Assembly: GCA_951406725.2 (NCBI GenBank)
Contig: OX597825.1
Coordinates: 1,240,001 to 1,304,000, forward strand
From: Octopus vulgaris
Lineage: Eukaryota
Direction of reading: 5' to 3'
DNA length: 64,000 nucleotides
The notes below the pieces were generated by a model. It worked only from the letters and a program-made list of their open reading frames with translations. It made no database searches and was not told where the DNA came from. Position numbers and translations under genes: made by a program. The first letter of the stretch is position 1, and every line of letters begins with the position of its first letter. This document shows positions 12,132 through 25,763 of the stretch, in pieces.

Positions 12132-13857
12132 CTTTGTATATCTAATATGTTAGAATGGTTAAACAGGAATGTTTCAATTCAGATGAGAGATGGGTAGTAT
12201 CTTTCTAAAACCAGGCAAACTTTCTAGAAGCTTCAGTTAAATGTTTTGCTGTTGGCAAGAAAAGCAACATGGCTTTCACTAAATGCTAATGACGGTGCCT
12301 CTAAAGAGTCATTAGATCTGCTGTAAAAGCAGCCACATCTCTCTCTCAGATCATATCCTAGAAAAGAATGCCTTTGTTCAAAGTTCTGTACGACTAGGAC
12401 TGCCCTAGGTTCAAACAACAACAGCAGTAACTTATCTTTCACTATAATTTCCAAAAGCAAGAAAACAATGCCGAGTAATATCAAAAAGAAAACTGTTTTG
12501 TAGTTTCAGTGTCTGTAACTCCAATCGAACAACATCTAAAGATTTGGATGTTTTCAGACAGAGAACCGTACAAAGAACTTAAAGATTTCCAATCTGAATC
12601 ATAAGTACAATCATCTTTATGGTATCGATGAAATAAGAAGCATATTATAATTATGCAATTTGGCCAAATAATCAGGTATGGAAATAATGCTTACACTTCT
12701 CCAAGTAGGTGAAAGATTCAACGTTTGTAAGTGACTTTTCTATTTCTTTTTGTTTTTTCAGAAAAAATAACAATAGCTATAAGCTAAAAACAAGGCAGGA
12801 GAGAAAATAGAAATAAAACAGAATAAGATGGAAATATAAATTGTTATGAAGATATTGAGGCAAAATCAAATTCAAATGATTTGTTTTATTTCAAAGAAAA
12901 ACCATTCAAATTATTTCTACTTTTCTAAATTTTATTGTTATTTATTTATATTTTTTTCTCAAAAGCATCATCAATGTTGAAAACATTGCTTGCATTATAA
13001 TATAATCTAACCCCAATATTATTATGAGGGAAAAGAAGAAACAAATGAAAACAGCTATTTTCTAATATTGCAGCAAGAGATAATGAGCGGTTTCAACGTT
13101 TTTACAATGAATCAATGCCTGCCTTTCAATTACTAGACATTTCATAAAATATCATTTCATAAATCATGGAACTCTAAAAGACTGCTAACATATGACATAA
13201 CAGCCAGATGTTAAAACTTTCTAAGATAGGTGCTTACATAATTGAATATTGATTCTAACTAATCACATGAAAAGCAGAATCAATTGGCCTGGAATGGCTA
13301 AAATGTCTATTTGCAATGAATACATAAATACTCCTCTCTTACATTGATTTCAATCTGATTATCATTTTGGTTATGAGAGGCTCACATTTCTTTTTCCTTT
13401 TGTTTTTTTTGTTTTTTTTTTACCTTATCAAAGCTATTATAAATATAGTTCATTTAAAAATAAATTAACAGTTAAAAATCAGATAAACAAAAAGAGATAT
13501 TTAATAAAAGAAAAATAATTTGGAAAACAAAGAAGCAATAAAATTTTAAATAATCAAACAAATATACGCAAGATGAAAAAATATCAACAGAAGTGAATCT
13601 TAGAAATCTGAGGAAATGATATCAACATCAAATTCAAATTAAGTAGAAACCAAGTATGTATTAATTATCCAATACTTTTATATCTGCACTAAAAATAGCC
13701 ACAAGTTTAGCCACATTTTAGAATTTGGACTCCACCATTCTCATCACAACAGTTGGTATTGTTTAATCTCAAATAAACCCTGATTACACAAAGCCTTTGT
13801 TAACTTTTTTAAGATGCTAAGGTATGATGTGAAGGAAATTTGACTATTATGTCTAGC

Positions 13858-14205
13858 AGGCACAGACATGGCTGTGTGGTAAGAAGCTTACTTCCCAAAT
13901 ACATGGTGCCAGGTTCAGTTTTAAGGCATGGCATCTTGGACAAGTATCTTCTACTAGAGCCCCAGGCTGATCAAAGCCTTGTGTGTGTGTGTGTGTGTGT
14001 GTATCTATCCCCACCACTGCTTGACAATTGGTGCTGATGTGTTTACATCTCTGTAACTTAGCAGCTCAGCAAAAGAGACTGATAGAGTAAGTGCTAGACT
14101 TAAAAAGATAATAAGTGTAGGGGTTGATTTGTTCAACTGAAACTCCTCATAGTGGTGCCCCAGCATGGCTGCAGTTTAATTACGGAAACATGTAAATGAT
14201 AAAAA
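13858..14205 (+). mobile_element. SINE family A copy
   Basis: AGGCACAGACATGGCTGTGTGGTAAGAAGC...GGTGCCCCAGCATGGCTGCAG; homologous to 1230-1674. Confidence 0.8.
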
Positions 14206-15261
14206 AAAAAGAAGAAAAAGACAAATACAGGCCAACTGACCCAGGAGAAACTCACTCTTTCATTGTTTGTCCCTGCAATATTAAGAATTTAGCCCCAAAT
14301 CACAATGCATCCTTATTTTAATGATAGTTAAGTGAAGCATGAAGGAGAGTTGTCTTCTGTTTCTAGCAGATTAAACAACCATGTAGGGGCTACTTTGTCT
14401 TCATTTATAGAAGTAGCTGTTTAGCACCAGGTCAGCCTTTATTGAGTAAATCTATGATACAAACAGCTCAACCACCCATTCCATCTTTATATTTTAGCCA
14501 TAGTGCATCTAAGACTACAATTTGCAATGCGTAGTCTATGTTTAAAGATGGAAGGCTGGCTTTTGTGAGATTTGGTTGCTATTGCTAGCAGATAAAAAGG
14601 AGCATATACAGATCCCTTTCTTGAGTTACAAAGCAGTCAATTTTCTTATGTTACTAATTGGTAAGTGGGATGTTTATCTTTTTCCTGTTGCACGTTACAG
14701 TGTGTCTCCCTTTGCAACTATGTGGGGTCTGGGCTTGAGCTTAGAACATTGTTCCTTGGGTAAATATCTTCTATTTTAGCTGTAAGCTGACTGATGCCTT
14801 GTAGCTGAACTTCAGAGGATGGAAACTGTGTGGAAGACTGCTATGTGTTTGTGTATGTGCATACATTATATATATGTATGTGTGTATGTACATGTATTCT
14901 TGTGTGTGTCAAAGATGCACATATCAGCAAGATAATTGCTTGCAAACTGGTGCATTGAACAAAAATACTTTGTGCTATCTGATCCATCTTAATTGCATAT
15001 ACACTCCTTTGTTACTCATTCTATTGGAAATACAGTCAACCAGTAATTGGTTTGTTGGAGACCTATAACTAATGATGTTATTGTTTACAAATAAAGCAAG
15101 TCATAGCCTATTCAGATGCTATTTTTGAATCTTTTTTTCTGTTATTTTTTGTGTATATGCATCAGAGAAAATTATTCTGTACATGTTTGCAAATGCTTAA
15201 AACAAACAGCAAAGGTTTCATATTTTTGCTGTAAAATATCAATCATATATTATTGACAAAG

Positions 15262-15307
<46 letters not shown>

Positions 15308-15554
15308 GTTGTTTTGTTATGTTTTATGTCCTAGTCAGCAGAAGGAGAACAGCTTTGATAACATTTCTTTACACCAACTCTCAGATTGGAAAAACGAAAT
15401 TATCTTCAGACTGATATAAATGATGGCAACAGAATGTCATCATCAAAGAAAACTAAGAGTTACAGTGGTACAGTGGTACCAGAGTAAGGCCACCACTTAA
15501 CAGATGTAACCCTTCCAATATGCCACGATACTTATATCTGCTTGCAAAGTTTCA

Positions 15555-16000
15555 CTAACAAAGCTTTGTTAACCATTGGCTACCGTAGACATTTGCCAGA
15601 AATGCTGTGCAGTGGAATTGCATCTGGAACCATGTCTTTGCAAAGCAAACTTCAAAACACTTGCCTATGTTTCTGTTCTGGTGCCTTGGGTAAATCTTAG
15701 GTTGATCAAAATCTTGTGAGTGGGTGTGATAAGCAGAAACTGTAAGAAGCCTCTCACATACATATACATACACATATGCATATATATATGTGTGTGTACC
15801 TTTGTGTTTGTCCCCCACCATCCCTATGAAACTAGTGTTGGTTTGTTTACGACCCTCTAACTGAGTAGTCCACCATAAGAGACTGATAGAATAAGGACCA
15901 GGCTTAAAAACGTAAGTACTTGGGTTTATTCATTTAATTAAAACCTTTCAAGTGATGGCCGAAGCATGGCCAAAGTCCAGTGGCTGAAACTAGTAAAAGA
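15555..16000. mobile_element. Two SINE family A pieces in opposite orientation (about 15555-15652 minus, 15660-16000 plus)
   Basis: Homology to 1230-1674 on both strands. Confidence 0.65.
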
Positions 16001-19000
16001 GAACTGATATATTTCAATCCCACTGCCCAACACATCTGTTGTCTTCCACGATAGCACCTGGTTGACAAAATCTGAAAAAATTTGGGAACAGAAACGATTT
16101 TGTAGCCCATGGAAAGGATAACATTGGTTGTTGAGTGGTTATCTTCTTAGTCTGTCACCCACTTTCTTAACAGCATCCTCTGGCTTGTGGCTGTCTTTAG
16201 TGGGGTCCAATTTGTGGCCATCATTCATAGCAAGTCTTCAGTTTGAAGATAGCTTCTTTCTTTTTATCTGATGGAACGTGGAAATATATTATGAAAGCTG
16301 CCCTCTTTTGCTGACTGAGCCTTAAAATATATGAAGACAATATGTATTACCTCGCCAACAATATCTATCAGATGCTTTACTGCAAAAATATTAAATCCTC
16401 ATTTGTTTTAAACATTTTAATTTATTAAATATATGTAAGCATGTGTGTGTGTATGTGTATATGTGTGTGTGTGTGTATGTGCATGCGTGTACACACACAC
16501 ACACACACATATATCCATTGGTGTATGTGGTTAGTCTGATACTTGTGTTTCTTCCTTGGTTTCCTTTTTTTTTTTTAGTTGGTTGCCTGATTTGTTTTTG
16601 GTGTGTTTGGGGTGGGTGTTATTTGTCTGTTTACTTTCCCAGTTTGGTTTATTTATTTATTTATTTAATTTGGGTATATGTATTTCTAGGGTTTTTTTAA
16701 TTGAATATTTTAAGGGGGTTTGTTTGGAAAAAGTTTTTGGGGAAAGGTAAGGGTGTATTCTACCTGTATTTCTAACGTATGGTGCTTTTCACAGTTGAGT
16801 TATTTTATCTATTTTCGATGGAACTGATTTTGAACAAATGAGTGTGTGTGTGTGTGTGTGAGTGTGTGAGAGAGAGAGAGAGAGAGTAGTAGTAATTTGT
16901 AGTTCTTTAAAAGAATGTGTATCTGTGTGGGATTGTGGGGTCAATTGGTGTGCTATTTTCTAAGTTTGTGCAGTTGGTCAGCGGTTTTCTTTATTTGTTC
17001 ATTTAGCTTTTTTTCTTGTGTGCACGTGAAAGGTTATTAGACGATGCAACTTAATTCAAGGTCCATCCACGGACATGGTCTGAATCTTCAGACCTTGTCC
17101 GTTGTATAGTCTAATAACCAGTCAAGAGTAACTGGATGCAAATGCAATAGTGAGATGGCTATACAGCAGAAACATGCCTTGGACACATTTAAATCAAAGC
17201 AGTCACTTCTACGAGCTTCCTTGCAGTTTCCATCCACCTCTACCATTTAACTCACAATGGTACAGATTAGATTAAAATAGTTAAACAATTACTGTTTGAT
17301 ATGCAAGTGTGACTATGTGATCAAACAAGTTTAGTCAGCAATTATGCGGTTCTTTCTGGAGTTGATCCTTCTGTGAAGCACTTTGGTAAAGTGTCCTCTG
17401 TTATTGCTCCAAGTTAACCCAAAATCCTATGAGTGAATTTAAGTAGGTAGAAACTACAAAACCCCTTTCAGATGGCTTGTTCTCATCTTGAGGTGCTTTT
17501 AGTGGGGCTCACTTTGCAGCAAACATACTAATCTAATTTTCCTTTGGAGCACATCCAAAGAGTCAATGGCCCTTCCTTTCCCATCCATTCACAAGACTCA
17601 GAGATCCCATAGAACATGGCTGTTACCTCTACCTTTCTTTCTCATAGAAAGTCATATATTCAGCCACCAAAAAATGAAGTATGAGTGAGTCTTGTTCTCA
17701 GATTTACTGAAGGTGCCAAAGCATCAATCTTCTTCAGTCTCCATAATAAATAAAGTTCATTTATTTATTATGGAGACTGCACTTATGCTGTGGTCAACAT
17801 TGGCCAGTCTACATTTACCTGTAGTCTCAAACTGTGGCAAGCTCAGTTGCATCATTAAGGCTAATATTGTGTGTGGCTTGATCACCATGAACTCATGAAA
17901 TGCAGATCTTCTACAAAGGTCTCCACCAAAGCAAGCTTTTCTTGACTGATTTCAGCGATTCAAAGACATTTCCAATCAATATATACTTTATCAAGAAGTA
18001 AATTGCAAATAGATTTTGTAGGGTTTGAACTCATGGTCATGCGGTCTATGGAGTGGCAGCTTAATGTCAGTTATCTTACCTGATTTTAAATTAGTAACTT
18101 CTCTTTATATGTAGATAAAATAATTACAAGCAAACATATTTAAAAACATTTGTTAATACTATCTTATTTAAAAGCAAATAAACATTCAAAAATTCATTTT
18201 GAAAAAAGATAAAATTAAGTAGAAAATTAAATATAGTATATTTTATCATGCTTGTTATTTTGACAATGAAATAAAACTAATAAAATATTTGCTCCATGAA
18301 TGTCTATAGAATGAGACTTCAAAGAATTGAGCAAAAGAAATATAACTTGCTTCTCTTTTAATGATAAAAACCAAAGTATAGAATGAGAATCTTCAAATGA
18401 ATGAAATCAGGAACTTGATTTCAAAAGAAAACATTTTCTATTTAAATATAAAAAAGAAAATTTGCAATTTAAAAATGAAAGGGATGTTTGTAAAGATAAA
18501 ATAACTCTAGCTAAAAATATGTACCAATTTCAGCAGCAACAGTTTAAAAAGAAAATTATAAAAAAGACACAGAATTGAATTTAAAAGTGTCTTTAATAAA
18601 AGAGAAAAGACATCACTTATGAAGTTAGTTGCTGCCATGATGCAATCAGATTTCCAACTGGTTCCTTGTGAAGTTACCCAGCTTCAAGCCAAAGTCACTC
18701 ATTCAAACACACAAGCTCTCAAACTCTTTTTTTTAACTACTTACTAAACCGAGCCAATGAGTGAGCTTCTCTGCAATTATTCTACCAGTTTGAAATGGTA
18801 GCCAGAGTTTCCTCGATTAATTTTCCACTATCTTAGAGAAAGGAAGACAAAAGAAATGAAGCTGGGGAAGGACATATCGAACGATGCAGTTCTGGATACA
18901 CAATGCATTAAAAATGGCAAATGGCTACAACTAAAACACCTTTGGTCATAAGTCTGCTTTTCCAGAGATGAGTTGGAGCTAAACAGCAACAACCCCAAAA

Positions 19001-19568
19001 ACTCTCATTGTCCATTTTATACCCTAAATTAATATTTTAAGAAATTAAAATGACTCAGCGGATGAAGAGCAGCATCACTCAGTAGTTTTGCAAACTCAAG
19101 AGATTGACGATGGTTATATCTTGCCCAAACCTGTGCAGATCAATATCTGCAAGAACAACACTGGCAAGACAAGAATAAGCCAAGGGATTCGTTGAAATAC
19201 TTGCAACAGCAACAGTCTTCAACCAACATCTCTTTGAGATTTTGTCAGAGTAAAACAATGGACCATTGAGCAGCACAACCCTAACATCACCAATGTCTCT
19301 CGTTTACCTACGAGAATTCAAATTGTAAACAGCAGCAAGAATCATTCTTCTAACTTGATTAAGAAGTGTCCAGTTCAAAAGCTTGGAAAGTAATGAATTA
19401 TCAAGCAACATGGCGTCAACACCACCAAAACACAAATTCTGCTTCAGTTCTCATAAATAAGAAACCTACCTTATCAGTGTTTTCTACTCTGGGCTCCAGT
19501 TAGCCAATACTTATGGAGAGGAATTTAGGAGCTAGGAAATGTGTAGCAGCTTATCATATATATCATAT

Positions 19569-19604
<36 letters not shown>

Positions 19605-19606
19605 TA

Positions 19607-21003
19607 ATATATAAAACTGAGAATGTGTGTGTGTGTCTGTCTATGAGTCTGTCTGTGTGAATCCCTAAAACTTGAGAACTACACAACCGATTTCATTCAA
19701 ACTTTACACATACATTACATATGGTCCATGGAGTGCCATGAGCCAAAAAAGTTTTCAACTTTTTGCCTAATGTGGCCTGGAGCAATTTTTTACATTGGTT
19801 CGCTATTACATGTCAAAAGTGAAGGAATAACATCCATGTTTCACTTTTATTCTTCCGGTTCATAACAATGTTTCCCTTTCATTGCACATTTACAGTTTCA
19901 TAATAACACTTAAATTAACATGACATCAAAATGACATGTAAACGGCTCCTTTCCACACAAAATGAAGATTTGGTTGCTATTTCTACCATGCCTTGCTACC
20001 ATGTAACAGTTATTGCTGATAACAGGGTGTCATTCTTAAATAAACATTCATTCTGTTTGGGATTCGAAACAGATTCACAAATTTTCCTCCAAGTAAATGA
20101 CTTCATCGTTCGGTCATTGAACAATGCAAAGTGACATTTAACACATTTAACACATGGTTTCTATTTAACACATGGTTTTTGCCAGGTTTAATTGATGTGT
20201 TTCCGCTTCATCTATAACCTTTTCAGGTTACCTAGAGTTTACAAAAACAAACTGAGATATTACCCCTTGCATGAACATTTAATATTGTGCTTCCCTCATT
20301 CATTCCCGAACACCCTGTATGGTGTACGGTTGTGTCCTATTCAACAACTTCTGTCCAACTGGACAAAATCTAACTCCACTCGTCTTATGGAGTCATTCAT
20401 ACTGATTCATTTCAACAACCATTATAATTGATGACAACGCTGTTACATAGCAATACTGATCAAGTAAAACCCATTTATTCATTCTGCTGAATTTGGTACG
20501 TAACCTTTTTCATTTGTAAATGCACCCACATGTGTTTGACTAGGACAAAAAAAAAAGGGATTTATTTTGCGTGAAGTACCCTGAACTCCTAATATACCAC
20601 AAGCCTATTTTTCTTCAGAAACAAAGAGAGGGTTGTGGTGGGGGACCTTGGACTCTCTCCCAAAAGTCCGAGGTCCCCCACCACATAAACGGCTCCCTTC
20701 TACAGAAAAATGAAATATTTGGCTGCTATTTCTAGCACGTGCTACTACCATGTAACAGCTATTTGTGATAATGGCATGTCCTTTATCGCAAATACCTGTT
20801 CAGTGGTAGCAGGATGTGCTAGAAATACCAGCCTAATCAGTTTATATCAATGTTTCACTTTTAAATTGAATTTACGCATTTACCATTCAATGACCAACTC
20901 ATAATCATCACACCTGTTGCAGTGTTGCAAGTTATTTACATTTACAGTTTCATGTTAACACTTGAATTAACACAACATTGCAATGATGCATAAACGGCTC
21001 CTT
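19607..21003 (+). mobile_element. Non-autonomous Helitron/DINE-1-like element (3' boundary uncertain)
   Basis: Starts ATATATAAAACTGAGAATG(TG)n TCTGTC...AACTACACAACCGATTTCATTCAAACTTTACAC, the typical DINE-like 5' organisation. Internal direct repeats at 19885-19951/20937-21003 and 19939-20030/20686-20780. GC hairpin at 20634-20685. Confidence 0.5.
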
Positions 21004-22789
21004 AAGGGAGATGAGACTTTCCCAAGGTCAGCAAAGACATAATGCAGTACATCAGACAGAGTCTCAAGAGAGAAGGAGGATGACATTTTCCCAAGATCAG
21101 CAAATACATGCTGCAGCACTTAATGCTGGATCATTAAATCAATGTTTTAATGATTAGACAGAGGTCCAATGGAATAGCTCTCAGAAACAGACTACGTACA
21201 AATTCATTCTTCGCAACTGCTGCAGCTACTTTCAGATATGATCCATCCCATTCTTATAAAAAGGATACTTTTGTGGTTAAGTTGGCAGTTTTTACTTCCT
21301 CTTTATAGTAAGCTGGTGTTTTGTGTACCCTTTAATATAATTAAGAATTATATATATATACATACATGCATATCTGTGTATATAAGTATGTTTGTGTCTA
21401 TGTTTGAGTTTATGTTTGATAGAAACAAAACATCCTCAGTTTTACATTCACTTTTTAGTGCTGGACATTTTGAGGTGATGTTTTAAGACTGGATTCCCTT
21501 TATGAACCAGCCCTTTTTAGTCTCCCCATACAATTTGGCATACCTATTCTAAAAACAGGGCTACACATGTAGCGAAAACTGCTGTGTTAAAAAGTGAACC
21601 CAGCCACTCAATAATATCATCATCAGTTCTTTTAAATGTTCATTTTTCCTTGCTTGCATGGGTCAGACAGAATTTTTTGAGGCAGATTTATTATGGCCGG
21701 ATGCCCTTCCTGTCACCAACTTTCACCTTGTAAAATTTTCTCATGACAGACAATATACACGACAGACTTCTCTCATTTTCTGCCTACCAAATCCACTCAC
21801 AAGGCTTCAGTTGGCTCAGGGTTATAGTATATAAAATAAGTATCTGACAGGAATAATCACAAGGATTGATGTGGTTTGTTATGGTTGACTAAAACCCTTG
21901 AAGGAATGCCCTGTAATAGTCACAGTCCAGTGAGTTAAGCTAGTAACAATGGGGGGAAATTCTGTGCAAATCCTGAAACAATTTTGTGACTATTTGGAGA
22001 TTTACAGTTAATTGCATTTCTTTATTGGCCAAAAAGATACATTTAATAACCTAGGAGAATCCTATCCAACCAGTTATTACATCATGCTTCAGGGTTTTAT
22101 GACATTCTTGTCATGATTGCTAGCAAGTTGAAGAGAAAATATTAATTGATTCCAACCGTAGGACCATCAAGAAACATTTCAGCAGTTAAATACCAAGCAC
22201 TGGAATATAAAAAAAAAATCTTCCTCGATAGATAAAAAAAAAAGTGAGATTCAAGCCATTGATAGAAGTAAAGTAGGGGATTAAAACAAGAAAATATAGA
22301 ATGGTTTCTGATGGAACAATAACTTTTTCAAGTCTTATAGTGGAGTAAGATACTCAAAAATATACATGCATCTATAATACAATCTATGGTACAGAAAATA
22401 TAAAATCTATATTTGAATGTAGCCAATATATATCCCATCCTCTCTACTCTTCCTGCACCCTTTACACCTTCACACCTCAGTTACCTCCTACACATAATTT
22501 CTCACTGGCTTTTTCCCTAATCTCCACCACATCCCTCTTTTATTCTCTTCTCTTCTTCATTAGCAATTTTGTGACCAAAGTGATGACACTTCTATATATA
22601 CTGTCTCTCAGAAACATGGCAAGTGACCAAAATTCACTCCTCATGGCAAATTAACTGACCAAAGTCTTCTACCAAACTCTTCTTCGAAACTCTATAATTT
22701 TGACCATAAAATATTGAACATGAATAGTAAATATTGAATTTCATTTAGAATACACGAATACACACAAGAACAGAGAGAGGGGGGAGGGA

Positions 22790-22995
22790 GGGAGGGTGAA
22801 TGAGTGAGTGAGAAAGAGAGATAGAGAGAGAGAGGGAGAGAGAGAGAGATAGAGAGAGAGAGATAATATAAAAGCAGGGCTGTTACATAAAGCAGCCCAT
22901 TCTTTGATAGGAAACCGTAGTGCAATAATATATTTGTGTAATAATTGATGCGATGCAGAGTACACAGGAGAGGAAAATATGATACGTCATCGGAT
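22790..22995 (+). promoter_or_regulatory. Possible TATA-box core promoter or enhancer
   Basis: GA-rich tract, TATAAAAG at 22867-22874, Inr-like CCATTC about 30 nt downstream, TTACATAA and TACGTCA bZIP-like motifs, local CpG enrichment in unique sequence. Confidence 0.35.
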
Positions 22996-24059
22996 TAAGA
23001 TTTAATGAAAATAATCAAAGAAAGATTCCACAAAGTCGGAGAAAAATATTTATAAACCATAAATCAGTTTTAAATTACAAAAGTATTATTTTACATAAAA
23101 GAAAAAAAAAACAACCTTTTCTGTTTATTTTTGGTAAAAATAATTCCTATTTTGTATTCTTATTTTTGTTTGGATTTAGAATTTGTTGAATTTTATCAGT
23201 AAACAATAAACAATATAATTTTGCTGAATTGTTGTTGCTGTTGATTAGCACCTGGCAACCAACTGAGTAATACTGACCTGAGCCATGGAAAAAAAAGGTG
23301 TTCTAGCTATGACCATCTCCCCTTCATTTTTGGGACATGACATTCGGTAAGTTTTATTCTATTTTTGTAAGATGATTGGATGTGGTTTAAGGGTGACTTG
23401 GTTGCGATTTCTAGGGCACCAAGAGATCCCACAGACACCCATTCATCAATGACTCTCACAACTGTAAGCATAGTGAGCACTGTATGAGCTGTAGTGCCAA
23501 GTTAGATTGCTGATCATTAATTTCTCTTGCAGACGGATCAGCTCCACAAAACAGACTCATACTACAGAGACTAAATAAACAAAGAATTTCCATGTAGAAT
23601 CCGTAGGTTATAAGACATTCCTGTATACTCAATGATGTGTTGAAGCATCTAACTGCTAAGAAAAATATATTAGAAACTATTTATATTATTCATGTTATCA
23701 TTACATTTCTTTTGGATCAAATATTTAAATGAGTAAAACTGGGGTGTGTTTTTTTTTTTCCTTTTAATCTATCCCTGCATAGATATAATTGTATTCAAAT
23801 TATTTAGTTTTGGTAGATGTTGCCTCTTGAGAACAGATGAGGAGACCCTCTGTTCAAATATTTTTTACATCACTTTACAACTACTATGAAATTTATTAAT
23901 GCTGGTTAAACTTTCGCCATCACTTGTAAAACAAGTATGAGTTAGCATCATATATATACCATACTTTTCCTAGTTGTTTTTAGTGCCCATATAGACAAGA
24001 TCAAACACAGACAGCTTCCTGATGATCCTACCCTCAACCCAGCAGAATAGACAGACAGC

Positions 24060-24107
24060 TATATATATAAATATATATATGTATATATATGTATATATAT
24101 ATGTATG

Positions 24108-24163
<56 letters not shown>

Positions 24164-24242
24164 CATGCATGTATGTGTATGTATGTATATATATGCATAC
24201 ATACATATATATATGTATATATATATATATATATGCATATAT
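24060..24242. repeat. Compound (TA)n/(TATG)n microsatellite
   Basis: Directly visible; similar tracts at 1450-1511, 15265-15307, 25108-25195, 28542-28589, 36970-37145, 51800-51890, 55607-55695 and 56348-56393. Confidence 0.95.
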
Positions 24243-24523
24243 GGGTACAGGATGTCACAAAACGTAAACAACATGAAATACGAAGACAAATCTGGGTATG
24301 CAAACAATGAGAGAAACAAATGGGAAACAAGACGAGTAACACAAAGAACGACCCTTCATCAGTTGTTGGCTGTCCATCTACTCCTCATTGTGAGCAATTA
24401 ATGACAATATGAGGCTTAGAAAGGCAGTTGCTCCTGGGAACCAAAATAAAATTTGGGATTTGCGGAGGGTCAAAGCTGGTAGCAAAAATGGGACAGTCTC
24501 TCTCTCTCTCTCAATATATATTT

Positions 24524-24737
24524 CGTTTATGGATTTGGCTTGCAAGATTCTTTATGTAAGTTCGTGGGTTGAAGCATATTCTGTTGTGTCTGGGGAGAGA
24601 CATTTTCTTTTTGTGCCTTATAATTTAACACACCGGTAAAATTTTAGGAAAATAAGAATAAGAAATAAGTAGAAATTTTACCAGTGAGTGTATTAAATTA
24701 TAAGACACAAAAAGAAAATGACTCTTCCCAGACACAA

Positions 24738-24740
<3 letters not shown>
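24524..24740. mobile_element. Second fold-back copy of the same family, inserted in a TA tract
   Basis: TTGCAAGATTCTTTATGT..GTTGAAGCATATT..GGGGAGAGACAT matches 9741-9804. Inverted arms 24581-24645 and 24672-24740. Confidence 0.7.
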
Positions 24741-24776
<36 letters not shown>

Positions 24777-24842
24777 GAAATGAAGAAAATGCTGACAAAA
24801 TAATTTAAGTAATTTAAGTAATTTAATTAGGTGAAAGTTCTT

Positions 24843-25104
24843 TTGCAAATCCTAATAACTGGAAAATGCTAAAAAATAATAACATTTCAAATGTTAAATA
24901 CTTGAGGGAAAAAATGCAACAAAACCTCAAAACCTCCTTCGAGATTGCCAAATGTAATGTTATAACCAAGATAGTTAAAGAGATAAGCACAAGATTAAAA
25001 CAAGGAAATTTAGTGTTACATATACATACACACACATATATGTAGCTCTCTCTCTGTAAGTGTATATATATATATATATATATATATATCAAAATGGCAT
25101 GCAA

Positions 25105-25169
<65 letters not shown>

Positions 25170-25763
25170 TAGAGAGAGAGAAAGAAAGAGAGAGGGAGGT
25201 GTACTAGCACTATATTAGAACATTTTATTAACCTTGAAAGCATGAAAGACAAAGTGAACGTCAGTGAGATTTGAACTTGGGTAGGTAGGCAATTAGAATA
25301 AATAGCACAATGTTGTTTATCTAATGTTCTAAGAACTCTGAAAATTATCATACACACAGAGGTAGGTATGTATGTATATATGTATGTATGCATGCATTTC
25401 CTGCATCTATTTCGCATTCGTAAATAGCCTAAGGAAAAATATTAATTGATTTCAACAAACAAAAGTACATATTTCAGGAAAGAGATTCTTTGATCTATTT
25501 TGGAGTTGCAAATCCTAATAACTGGAAAATGCTAAAAAATAATAACATTTCAAATGTTAAATACTTGAGGGAAAAAATGCAACAAAACCTCAAAACCTCC
25601 TTCGAGATTGCCAAATGTAATGTTATAACCAAGATAGTTAAAGAGATAAGCACAAGATTAAAACAAGGAAATTTAGTGTTACATATACATACACACACAT
25701 ATATGTAGCTCTCTCTCTGTAAGTGTATATATATATATATATCAAAATGGCATGCAATTTAAT
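24843..25763 (+). repeat. Near-identical ~260-bp direct duplication (24843-25110 and 25506-25763)
   Basis: TTGCAAATCCTAATAACTGG...GGCATGCAATTTAAT occurs twice; by eye the copies differ only in (TA)n length. Confidence 0.95.

Noticed and set aside
12727-12761. GTAAGT...TTTTTCAG mini-intron on the plus strand
   Set aside because: Only 35 nt, probably too short to splice; flanks have no convincing reading frame
18070-18100. Minus-strand AAAATCAG|GTAAGA as a recursive site
   Set aside because: No polypyrimidine tract before the AG
22725-22760. AGAATACACG resemblance to the miR-137 3' end
   Set aside because: Seed region does not match and there is no hairpin partner
24330-24375. Minus-strand CTGATGA as a hammerhead ribozyme core
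   Set aside because: No GAAA and stem II at the expected distance; I cannot build the fold by eye
23970-24401. Stacked YI/CV/HT-repeat ORFs (also at 8.9, 36.9, 38.7, 50.4 and 53.5 kb)
   Set aside because: Translations of dinucleotide microsatellites, which lack stop codons
25490-25708. 72-aa ORF in the duplicated segment
   Set aside because: TTG start, runs into microsatellite, no recognisable motif
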